Of a stretch of DNA of 64,000 bases, positions 1 to 11,000 are shown one piece after another. The stretch's first letter is position 1, and each line of letters opens with the position of its first letter. Under the pieces are notes generated by a model, which did not search any database, was not told the DNA's origin, and worked only from the letters and a program-made list of their open reading frames with translations. Location: the NCBI GenBank assembly GCA_951406725.2, contig OX597820.1, positions 68,200,001 to 68,264,000 on the forward strand. Reading direction: 5' to 3'. Source of the stretch: Octopus vulgaris. Its lineage: Eukaryota. Both the position numbers and the translations under genes were made by a program.

Positions 1-63
1 GACGAATATCTTCTACTATAGGTCCATGCCAACCTATCAAGTAGACAAAAACTGCGGAAATGC

Positions 64-462
<399 letters not shown>

Positions 463-464
463 AC

Positions 465-495
<31 letters not shown>

Positions 496-524
496 AATAT
501 ATATATATATATGTGTGTGTGTAT

Positions 525-927
525 ACTCTCTTTACTCTTTTACTTGTTTCAGTCATTTGACTGCGGCCATGCTGGAGCACCGCCTTTAGTCGAGCAAATC
601 GACCCCGGAACTTATTCTTTGTAAGCCCAGTACTTATTCTATCGGTCTCTTTTGCCGAACCGCTAAGTGACGGGGACGTAAACACACCAGCATCGGTTGT
701 CAAGCAATGCTAGGGGGACAAACACACAAACACACACTTACACACATATATATACATATATACCACAGGCTTCTTTCAGTTTCCGTCTACCAAATCCACT
801 CACAGGGCATTGGTCGACCCGGGGCTATAGCAGAAGACACTTGCCCAAGATGCCACGCAGTGGGACTGAACCTAAAACCATGTGGTTGGTTAGCAAGCTA
901 CTTACCACACAGCCACTCCTGCGCCTA
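525..927 (-). mobile_element. tRNA-derived SINE family A, full length, with CORE-like segment and internal microsatellite
   Basis: Head AGGCGCAGGAGTGGCTGTGTGGTAAG...GGTTCAGTCCC, then CTTGGGCAAGTGTCTTC (CORE-like), an internal (TA)/(TG) tract and a GTAAAAGAGTAAAGAG tail. A near-identical copy lies at 43236-43658, with more than 10 further copies in the window. Confidence 0.92.
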
Positions 928-1148
928 TGTATATATATATATATATGTATATGTATTGTTATATTTTTATCTTATATTTGATATTTCTATTATATGTCAT
1001 TTTCTAGATGGTGTAAATTAATTTTTCATTTTGAATTGATAAAAAGAAATTTTTTCTAATTTATATATATATTATATTTTATTAAATTTGATTTAGTATC
1101 TCTAAATTGAATTTTTCTCTGTAAGTTTAGAATAATATTCCCTCAAAA

Positions 1149-1229
<81 letters not shown>

Positions 1230-1284
1230 GTATATGTGTATATATATATATATATACTTTATTTAAAAGCAGTAGAAATTCAAC

Positions 1285-1331
1285 AAAAGCTGTTACTCGG
1301 AATTTCACGTTCCCGTTCGTCGGACAGTTTT
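1285..1331 (-). ncRNA. minimal type I hammerhead ribozyme-like motif (U4C core variant)
   Basis: The minus strand reads aaaactgt-CCGACGA-acg(ggaa)cgt-GAAA-ttc(c)gag-TA-acagcttt. Stems I, II and III are all present, but the core is CCGACGA instead of CUGANGA. Confidence 0.65.
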
Positions 1332-1801
1332 GATAAAATAGAACCAAGAAGACAATTTTATCAAGACTAGTATAAACGATACACCTTTAAAAATGGATTT
1401 GTTTGATTGGTCCTTTCAAATAACGGTCATATGCGAGCGATAAACAAAAATACACAAAACAAATAAATGGGTTCGATATGAAATTATAAAAATCGAGGAA
1501 AAACCTTAAATCAAAGGTTTGATTCAAATACATATCGTCATTAATTATATAGAAAATATAATTCGATTAATACAATTAATACATAAAAAATTGAAATTAA
1601 AATATATTAAAATATTTCACAACAGTACATACTCATACTAAACCATCACTATACATGTATGCATACATCAAAATACACAGATAGATTTGCACAGACCACA
1701 TACATATACAGACATAAATGCAAAACGAAAATATACACACAAATACATGTATACGTGTATACGCAATCTTGCTCGCATGCAAAAATCACTTGGTGTATAC
1801 A

Positions 1802-1854
<53 letters not shown>

Positions 1855-1974
1855 ATTATTATTATTATTATTTTTATCAATATTAGGGAATTTATTTCCG
1901 AGTCCACAGGGGAGAGAAATTCAATTTAATGGTACTAAAATGAATTTCTCGCTGTATTATATACATATATATAA

Positions 1975-2564
1975 ATAGGTTTAAGAGACAGAACCACCTT
2001 CAAGCGACTTAAACAACATTGAACGACATTATCTGTGATAGAGATATATAAGATAAACTTTTATCAAAATTAATATCTTCAATTACTATTTTGCTTCATA
2101 TTTTAAATTAAATGTTTGTACTTTTTTTATATTTGTAGTAATATTTGAGCACTCTAGCTCTTGAAATTTGCGTTGCTCTGGAATTGGGTTTCTAACTTGG
2201 TGTTGGGAATTTAGAATAGTACCATCTGGGGTTCGACAGGGATTCAGTTGAAGCTTAACAGCACAGCATCTTGATTGTCATGTCTTTACATATGATGTAA
2301 ATAGCAAAATAGTTTTATATAACCCAGACCTGAAGATTGGCAGTATAGTCGGAATGATACTGCATTGAATTTTGAGACCTTCTATTTCAGAAATACCGAT
2401 AGATATATTGCCATGAAACGGGCGTTGTCTAAATAATTTAATATATGATTTAGAATAGTAATTGTAGATATTAATTTTGATAAAAGCTTATCTTATATAG
2501 CTCTATCATAGATAATTTCATTCAATGTTGTTTGAGTTGCTTGAAGGTGGTTCTGTCTCTTAAA

Positions 2565-2570
<6 letters not shown>
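1975..2570. mobile_element. fold-back element with ~125-bp inverted arms, hammerhead-bearing (Penelope pseudo-LTR-like)
   Basis: 1975-2100 is the reverse complement of 2444-2570 with scattered mismatches. The element is embedded in (TA)n, and a hammerhead at 2326-2430 sits immediately upstream of the right arm. Confidence 0.8.
2326..2430 (+). ncRNA. type I hammerhead ribozyme-like motif with extended stem II
   Basis: agac-CTGAAGA(2330-2336)-ttggcagtata...tatattgccat-GAAAC(2415-2419)-gggc-GTT-gtct. Stem I is agac/gtct. The first stem II pair is a T-T mismatch. Confidence 0.65.
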
Positions 2571-2643
<73 letters not shown>

Positions 2644-2713
2644 GTATGTATATGTATGTATGTCTGTATATATATATGTATATATATATATACATATATA
2701 CATATACACAAAC

Positions 2714-2840
2714 GTTTCATGTTAAGTAGAGTAGGAAAATATCCAACTATCTTAACAATTTTTTCAAGCCGATCACAAGGAGAAAAATTGTTATGGTGTT
2801 AAGATACTTGGATATTTTCCTACTCTTCCTAACATGAAAC
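2714..2840. repeat. inverted repeat (fold-back), ~44-bp arms ending in GAAAC
   Basis: gtttcatgttaagtagagtaggaaaatatccaactatcttaaca (2714-2757) pairs with tgttaagatacttggatattttcctactcttcctaacatgaaac (2797-2840). An inner extension taacaattttt/aaaaattgtta is also present. Confidence 0.85.
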
Positions 2841-2924
2841 CAATATTAGCCTTAATCGACGAATAAAGAAATTATTTATCCACCAATGCGGTGTTGAGGT
2901 CTCATTCCATCGCTGTACATTTAC

Positions 2925-2981
<57 letters not shown>

Positions 2982-3066
2982 GAATTTATTAAAAAAACAA
3001 AGGCCGAAGACGATTGTGTAAACAACAAACTGATGTATTAGTTTAACGCTCGGGAAGTGAGAAAGT

Positions 3067-3102
3067 CTTTTACGTTTCGAGCCTATGCCCTTCGACAGAA
3101 AG
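3067..3102 (-). ncRNA. minimal hammerhead-like motif (A6U core variant) in a Penelope-type tail fragment (~2977-3155)
   Basis: The minus strand reads cttt-CTGTCGA-a-gggc(atag)gctc-GAAAC-GT-A-aaag. The loopless palindromic stem III (ACGT) is the form seen in minimal hammerheads of Penelope-like elements. Confidence 0.55.
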
Positions 3103-3164
3103 GAACACAGAAAATAAACAGGGAGAGAAAATAGAAAAAGGTGTATTGGCTAACGATACGTGTC

Positions 3165-3375
3165 TTGTGTGGGAGTGATGTCCCTCCACCTCTTGAGAGC
3201 CGGCGTTGGTATGTTTACGACCCCGTAACGTAACGGTTCAGCAAACAGAGTGGTAGAGTAAGTACCAGATTTAACCAAAATAAGTACTGGGGTCTATTTG
3301 CTCGACTAAATCCTTCAAGGCGGTGCCCCAAAACAACTGCAGTCCAATGACTGCAACGAGTGAAAGATACAAGAT
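3165..3375 (+). mobile_element. SINE family A, 3' half, degenerate
   Basis: Matches the family A body (gtttacgaccccgtaac...aataagtactggggtc...aaggcggtgcccc...aatgactg). Confidence 0.75.
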
Positions 3376-3944
3376 ATGTTAAAATTTTCAATAAAGATTA
3401 TGCTATCGATTTAAAGGTTTCCTGTGTCTCACTGATGTTTATGGTACAGGCATTGTTAAAAGAAATCTAGTACTTAGAATTTCCAAAGCGAAATATGTGG
3501 TTTCAAAGTAAAGTTGGTGAATCATCCAGACCAATATTCTGACATTCGTATAATTCAATATTATCCTGACAATCTAAAGAATAATCTCTAATTTGAAGTA
3601 TCGAAGACTTTCTCAAGAGTACGAGTTACGTAGATAAACTGATTGACTTTCAACGGGGACTGAATCTGGAATAAGCATGTTGCTGAGCGTTTCTTATCTA
3701 CCTACAGAACTCACCATTTGTATATTTTAGTATAGTGGTAAACACCATTTCAGTAAATGTGTTAAATGCTCGTCAAGTTAAGCCTGCAATTTCAAATCTT
3801 TTCGGTAAATATTTTGATAAAGTTAAAAGAGCGCAGCATCCCATGTTTGCTTTTTAAACATATAAAGCTTTAGTTCCTGGTGAAAGCTACATGAAACAGG
3901 TATTTACAATACGAGTGAAAACTGGTTCTATATTCAATGCAATA

Positions 3945-4205
3945 TCACGTATTATTCATCGTTGGTCAGAATGCGTTTTGCATCTTTTAGCTTTCGAAAT
4001 ATGCCACCCTGATAGCTCGACGAACAGGCCATCATTCCACTGATCGGAAGGCTAGTCCGTCGCAAGGTTATCCAGTTACAGTTGAGTGAACTGCTGCAAT
4101 GTGAAATGAAATATTTTGCTCGAAATCACAACACGAAACTGGTCTGGGAATCGAAACCAAGATTTCTCGATCGTAATTGCAACACCCCTGACCACGTGCC
4201 TTCAC
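3945..4205 (-). mobile_element. degenerate tRNA-derived SINE (family C/D-like)
   Basis: Minus-strand head gaaggcacgtggtcaggggtgttgc...ggtttcgattcccagacc, then gagcaaaatatttcatttcacattgc...cagttcactca. Similar to 37010-37321 and 165-462. Confidence 0.65.
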
Positions 4206-4243
4206 TACAGTTAATATATTAAATAGAAGATAGCATGTTTATT

Positions 4244-4840
4244 AAGGCGACGAGCTGGTAGAATCGTTAGCATGCTAGACAAAATGCTAGGCGGCATTTC
4301 ATCCGTTTATATGATGTGAGTTCAACTTCCACTTGTGTTGACTTTTCCTTTCGCCCTCTTAAGCGCTGAGATCGTGTAACTGACTTACTCTTTCCCCAAA
4401 ACTGCTGGCCTTGCGGTGAAATTTGAAATCAATATAGTATATTGATTTTTGTAAAAAATATTTCCCTACATTTGCATTAATCTAGCTTGGCGGGGAGCTG
4501 GTGCAATCGTTAGCACACCGAAGAACCATAAAATAAGCACTGGTTATGTGTTGAAGAAGGTGGTACGTCGGCAGAATCATTAGCATGTCGGGCAAAATGC
4601 TTAGCGGTATTTCTTCTGGCTTTTACGCTATGAATTCACATACTTCTTCGTCGATAAATTAAAGTACCAGTAAAGTATTGGGGTATATGTAATCGACTTG
4701 TCTTCTTCCCCTAAAATAACACCGATGTCGACTTTCATATATTCGGGGTAGGTAAAATATGTAGCAGTCAAGTACTAAGGCCTGTACAATCGACTTTCCT
4801 ACCCTCACAAATTTCTGGCCTTGCGCCAAAATAAGAAAGA
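4244..4840 (+). mobile_element. cluster of degenerate SINE family B copies
   Basis: Three heads of the type aggcgacgagctggtagaatcgttagca (~4245, ~4489, ~4558), with gtcgataaattaaagtaccag bodies. Confidence 0.8.
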
Positions 4841-5771
4841 TATATTATTATAACATAGTAGAACTGATAACAGGTTTGAGCAGCACAACTTTTTGTTTTT
4901 TGAAGTTTAAAATAATTTCATATGAATTAATACAGGCATTTTGGACAATTTACAACTTCCATAAAGTAATTTAAAGTTCGGTCATTAAAGTTCAATGATC
5001 ATATAGAAATTCAGAGCCAAATATTTATTACAAAACATAGATGTAGAAATCCTTAACTAATCAGAGAAAGTTATGTAAACATATTACCCGCAAGGAAAGC
5101 GTCAGAAAACAAAATTAAAAGGATCACAAAACATTTATTCTCATTTATAAACTCTTCTTAACGATGTGATCAATGTAGAAGTTAATGAAGCCTGGTTCTG
5201 ATGTAAGAGAGTAGCAATAAAAACAATTCTGCCGCCTGTTTTATGAAGCTTTAATGAATCTTGTGTCTTTAAGTATCATTTGCTATAAACAAAACTGCAT
5301 TTTAGTTATTCTTCCCTCACATATATAGGCATGTTAATGAGTAAACGTCTATCTTTATATCGGTACAATAGATAATTATCTAGAATCTACCAGCAGGGAA
5401 ACTTCTTGCCGGAGCCTAAAACACATTCACAATACTCAATAATGAGGCGTAAATGAAATGATGTGACAGAGAAAGTATGTGTGAGAGTGGTGAGGTCAGT
5501 TGTATTTCTCTTGTGACAAAATGTATTAATGAACGTACAGTGCAGAAACCTTACCCTCAAACTAGACAAATTTGCTATGGTACGAGCTCACAGTTGAAAA
5601 TAATAGGTAGTTTTATTGAGTTACAGGCAGAAAATAGCAAGGAATTTAGTCGCCAAACATGAATGAAATATTGAATATCGCATATAATATACAATTGATG
5701 AAGATTGTCAACCATTATGTATATAATACACACATACACACACTCTCTCTCTCACACACACGCATACATAC

Positions 5772-5825
<54 letters not shown>

Positions 5826-6404
5826 GCATACAGTTATGTATGTGTGTATTTATACATACACAACAACAATGGCTACAGCAAACAAAATGAGGGGGAAAAA
5901 AACTAATAACATCTAATAAAAAAACATCATATAACGCACTCCAGAGATATTTTCCTGAAATAAAGGGGGAAAAAATGAAAGATTCTTTTAAAGAAATACA
6001 TTTTCAAGTAGCGACAGGCTATTTTTTCTCTTATTCTACTGCAAACTAAAAGAAAAACCAAAAGAGGAAGAAAAGAAGGAAAGGGAGAAGAAAGAAATCA
6101 TAGAATATTTTTCGACAACAGAACATTACCAATAGCGATAAAAACTGCAGCGAAGGTTGGTAATGACTAAAAAAAAAAAAAAAAAATGAAAGAAAGAAAG
6201 GAAATATAATGGTATTGTGGAGAAACCGTTATGTTTGCCAAAATAGGATGTAATACTCGTTCTTTATTGATATCTTTACAAACAAAATGCATCACAGTAT
6301 TTAGTTTCGTTCCTCTCGGTTCTTTGGTAAGGAAGATCGATCGATAGAATTAGTTCCCAACAATAATGATATGCTATAGTTACGATCAATAATAAAACAA
6401 AAAA

Positions 6405-6732
6405 TGCCGTGCTTTGGCAGAAACCGTAGGATATCAGGCTATTTATCTAACAGTATTTAGTTTCGATATTCCATGTACAGAAATCGAATCTTACGAGGGT
6501 AATCACTTGAGGAACCATAAAATAAGCACTGGTTATGTGTTAAAGAAGGTGGTGCGTCGGCAGAATCATTAGCATGTCGGACAAGATGCTTAGCAGTATT
6601 TCATCCGGCTTTTACGCTATCAATTCACATCCTGTTTTTCATTACTTCTTCGTCGATAAATTAAAGTACCAGTAAAGTATTGGGGTATATGTAATCGACT
6701 TGTCTTCTTCCCCTTAAATTTTCTGGCCTTGT
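6405..6732 (+). mobile_element. degenerate SINE family B copies
   Basis: ggcagaatcattagcatgtcggacaagatgcttagc...gtcgataaattaaagtaccag...ttctggccttg. Confidence 0.75.
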
Positions 6733-6817
6733 AGTCTGCAACAGAACGGCGTCCCCTTCATAGAAACTGAGCAACCGGCCTTATGATTCATTGGGCCTTA
6801 GAAACAAATGAGTTAAC

Positions 6818-7050
6818 CTTTTTATCTTTTACTTGTTTCAGTCATTTGACCGCGGTCATGCTGGGGCACCACCTTAAATGGTTTTATTTGAAGAAATCGA
6901 TCCCAGTATTTACTTTTAAGCCTGGCATCTATCGGTCTATTTTCCTGAATCGCTAGGTTACTGGAACGTAAACAACACACCAACACATCAAGCGGTGATA
7001 GATGGGGGCACAAACACAGACAGAAAGACACACACACACACACACAAACA
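6818..7050 (-). mobile_element. SINE family A, 3' half
   Basis: ttttacttgtttcagtcatttgaccgcggtcatgctggggcacc... matches 525-740. Confidence 0.8.
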
Positions 7051-7115
7051 TACAGATATATATATATATATATATATTAGAAGGTTTGGAGATGATGTAC
7101 AGGTATTATATATTC

Positions 7116-7339
7116 GAAGAAATAAGGTACTCAGAAATCTAGATGGTTTTATATTTATTAATATGTCACCTGTTTTTATAAATCATATATTAGCGCTTTC
7201 GTCCACTCTAGTAGAGTTTTCAGATTGAAGACTCCACTAGAGTGGACGCAAGCACTAACATATGATTTATAAAAAACATGCGATATATATTAATAAATAT
7301 AAGTAAAATCATCTAGATTTCTGAGTACCTTATTTCTTC
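7116..7339. repeat. near-perfect fold-back (~108-bp arms) made of two head-to-head truncated hammerhead units
   Basis: The axis is at 7224. The right arm reads TTGAAGA-ctccac(taga)gtggac-GCAA-gcac-TA and the left arm on the minus strand reads CTGAAAA-ctctac(taga)gtggac-GAAA-gcgc-TA. Their consensus is CTGAAGA...GAAAGCGCTA. Confidence 0.85.
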
Positions 7340-7341
7340 TG

Positions 7342-7463
7342 GAGTTGATTTGGTCGACGAAACACCTAAGGTGGTGTCTCAGAAACAAGTAAAAGATTTG
7401 TTCCTTCTGAAACGAGAAGGACTGGCCGACACTGATGAAGTCAAACCGAGGTTGAATCACCTC
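7342..7463 (+). ncRNA. candidate circularly permuted (type II) hammerhead with branched stem I
   Basis: gac-GAAA-cacc(taa)ggtg-g-tgtc...gaca-CTGATGA(7432-7438)-a-gtc. Outer stem gagttgatt/aatcacctc, internal hairpins acaagt/atttgt and tccttct/agaagga. The cleavage-site region is imperfect. Confidence 0.5.
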
Positions 7464-7942
7464 ACTAGGTACCCAACAGATCCAAAACAATTATTAAATT
7501 GTCTTTGTCTTTCTGACGCATGTTCATTCAACCGTAAAATTATTTCTCTTTCTGTAGCAATATTTCCTTTTCTCAAATAGAGTTGATAACATTATTCTTA
7601 AGCATTTCATCCGTTCTTTGAATGCAGAGAAAATTGCTGGGGCACGGTCTTCATGAATTTTAGTCCCCAATACTTACTTTTTTGAAAAAAACCTCCCAAA
7701 AACCTGATACTTACTCTACCGGTGTTTTTTTCCCGAACTGCTAGGTTATGGGTATGTAAACACACCAACACCGGTTGTCCAGCGGTAGAGAGGTGACAAA
7801 CACAGGTGTAAGTATTCACACTTGCATACGTGCACACACGCGAGCAAGCACACGTACATACATGCATGAATTCATACACACACACACTTACACCCCACCC
7901 ACACCCCCACACACATATATGCGGCAGGCATATATATATATT

Positions 7943-7981
<39 letters not shown>

Positions 7982-8043
7982 GGAGAGAGAGAGAGAGATA
8001 GACATGCACAGGCATAAATTTATTTACACATCTATAAACACAG

Positions 8044-8079
<36 letters not shown>

Positions 8080-8243
8080 GCACACGCGTACACTCATCTG
8101 TCTATTAAACTATCTATATATCTATCTATCGCTGCTTATGTAGAAGACACTAACTCAATGCGACGCGCAATGTAATTGAATATACAGCCATGTATAGTGA
8201 AGCAAATTCCTTGATTACACAGTCAGCCATTCTTGGTTTTTAT

Positions 8244-8471
8244 TTAACCCTCTAATATTTAAACCGGCCATATCAGGCCGAAATATTTTACCTGTTCTAT
8301 GCTTAAACTGGCCAGATCCAGCCTCTTATATGTATCCTATAATGTCGTTCTGAAAATAAACAAACATATCATCGAATTATCGAAGCTACAAGATAATAGA
8401 TGATAAATTCAAAACAATGTGAATAAACAAGCATTACATTCGACAGAATAATCTGAATACGATAAGATTAA
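8244..8471. mobile_element. piggyBac-type MITE
   Basis: TTAA-ccctctaatattta at the left end and a degenerate tgaatacgataaga-TTAA at the right end. No coding capacity. Confidence 0.6.
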
Positions 8472-9159
8472 TCTTCCATGTGGCTGTAAGTTCATGAAAA
8501 TAACTACTATGAAGCTCATATATGATAAGTAACATTTCCAGGAGTTCCCAGGAGATTCTCATTGAGAAACTAAACACGCCATGAACATATCCGACGCTGA
8601 GGTATATCTCATCCAGCGGCATATGTATTCATGACCTAAAAATCGGCTGTCCAATAGCTAATATATTCAGCCGTTTTGCTTCTCCTTTTGATAATTCAAT
8701 TTATGACTCATCATATGGCTGAAATGTTTCTAATGCGTATTTGTTAAGCGTTGGAGAATGGATTCTTATTTAGAAATGTTTAAATAAATAAGCGTTCCAG
8801 TTGAACCAATAAGGGGCTTCGTCTTATATCTTCCCTTAATTTATTAGAAACAGGAAGCGAATTTTCTGAAATACACCGTCTTCTTAAATATGAAAAACAT
8901 TGTTTTCAAATTTGGTATATGGATATAAGTTTTGTATACTAATTATGAAAATGAAAATCCTTTTCCCTATAAATTTATAATTAAAATGTTATTAGCCTTT
9001 AAAGCTTGCAAAATGGGTATTTTAGCCATACGGAAGCGAGTATTTTACACACCACCGTCAAGTTCTGTTTGCATAGTAAGCAAAGAACTCTGTTTCCATA
9101 GTAACCAAAGAGTGTAACCACCACGTGTTCCATAATTGTTTGTTTTCATAAGAGTAGGA

Positions 9160-10590
9160 ATTTGAGTCGAGAACAGTATAGATACTTTAGAATAGCGACG
9201 AGATGGCCACAACTTTAAACTCTTCCTATTTAGTGAGGACGGTAGAAGATGCAGCATATTTCTTCCAAGAGAAAGGAATTATACCAGAAAAAAAGATTTG
9301 TAAGAAAGGAAATCCCATGGGGAAAACAATTAATGGTAAATTTTACTGGCGTTGCTAACAGAGAGGCTGCAATGTGTCTGTGTCTCTCTGAAAAGATACC
9401 TGGTTGGAAGGTGGCTCCCTTTGTCTGAGAACAATACTTCTTGTTTTGTATGCCTGGGTCAAAGAAATGATCTCAGTCTGTTTTTGTACGGAAGAACTGG
9501 GTATAGATCCGAGCACGGCTGTTCATTACAGCACTTATATTCGTGAGTTGTGTGAGGAGGACCTGCTCCTCAACGTAGTTTAGATAGGTGGTCCCGAAAG
9601 ATCATTGAGCTGGACGAACGAGTGTACTCAAAGCGCAAGTACAACCGAACGAGGATGGTATTTGAACAGTGGGTCTTTGGAGGGAAAATGTCGCGAGACG
9701 AGGGAAGTTTTCCTTTACGTTGTACCAAGTTGTAACCGCAAAACACTAGAGGACTCCATACGCCACTCAGTTCTTCCAGGAACCACTATTTTCAGTGACA
9801 TATGGCGAGTTTATTTCAAACATAAAACTGTGAACCATAGCATTGAATTTATAAACTCAAAAGATGGGACTCACACTCAACAAATTGAGAGTGCTTAGGC
9901 ATCTTTCAAGCGTAGAAACAGACGCTGATGTGGGACACACCTTTCCATGGTTGACTCGTTTCTGCGAATTTATGTGGAGAAGGAGATATGAGAAAGATGA
10001 TCTATTTATAAAATCCTAGAATGTATTACAAATTTTCCTTCTTGAATTTTTTAACTAATAAATATCTGTTTTAAATAATGTTTTGACTGTTATTTCTAGC
10101 AACTGCAGTTGATTTGCTTGTAGGTTTTAAATATTTAATTTTCTCGTGTATGTTTTAATGTTTTTCCCTGTGTACTTTGTTCATGTATATTTTAATGTTT
10201 TGACTTTTATTTCTAGCAACTCCAGTTGGTTTGCTAGTAGCTTTTAAATATTTGATTTGCTCGCGTATGTTTTAATGCTTTTCCCTATTGTTTCTAATGC
10301 TTTGATATGCCGGCGTCCCACCACTTTCTCGCTGCTGTGACAGATGATGGAAGAGGCGGCGAACTCGCTGTTTTCTGCTTGGCAGAAAATTCTAAAAATT
10401 ATCAAATTTTGAACGCCTGTAACATTTTTCGCAAAATTTTTCTAGAACAAATGAATAACAAATTCGGGTTCGACGTCACAAATTACGTCTATATGCTAGA
10501 TTTTAAAAAAAATTGTTTGAAATATTTCGACATACAGTGATTCGAACCCCAAAGACCCCAGTTCCCGATATACAAAATGACGTGACGGCC
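9160..10590 (+). mobile_element. Merlin (IS1016/ISXO2-like) DNA transposon relic, transposase pseudogene ~9250-10020
   Basis: The frameshifted translation gives IGGP-KIIELDERVYSKRKYNR..EQWVFGG, VLPGTTIFSDIWRVY, HKTVNHSIEF..DGTHTQQIESA and FMWRRRY, which are diagnostic ISXO2-like transposase motifs. The boundaries are approximate and no left TIR was found. Confidence 0.9.
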
Positions 10591-10623
10591 ATAGCTGGAA
10601 CGCCTTTAGTTATATCTCTACTT

Positions 10624-10822
10624 TGTGCCCTTGAGTAAAACACATCATCTCACGTTGCTCTGCGATCACTTCGACACCTGACGCGTGACACATCGTGCAA
10701 CAGTTCAGGCAACGTCAGTTTGATGGAGAGAGTGAATTAGTGTGCGACACAAACAATTAATCACTATAAACAAATCATTTGTGCAGCTCGTTCGGCAAAA
10801 GCTGAACAATCATACGTCGAAG
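10624..10822 (+). mobile_element. 5'-truncated SINE with CORE-like segment
   Basis: gtgcccttgagtaaaacacatcatctcacgttgctc resembles ccttgaacaagacactttatttcacgttgc at ~37091. Confidence 0.5.
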
Positions 10823-10939
10823 ACACATCGCAGCCATTCAGAAAACGCAGAAAAACTGTTTACTCCGCTCAAAAATTAATTGCTGGTAATATGATGTCAA
10901 CATTTTCGTCGTTCGAAACTGTGACCCGGTTACTTACAG

Positions 10940-11000
<61 letters not shown>

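Noticed and set aside
1103-1927. Single large TIR element from the inverted similarity of 1103-1150 and 1881-1927
   Set aside because: The arms are short and quite divergent, and the interior is a mosaic. Two independent tail fragments of a related repeat family are more likely.
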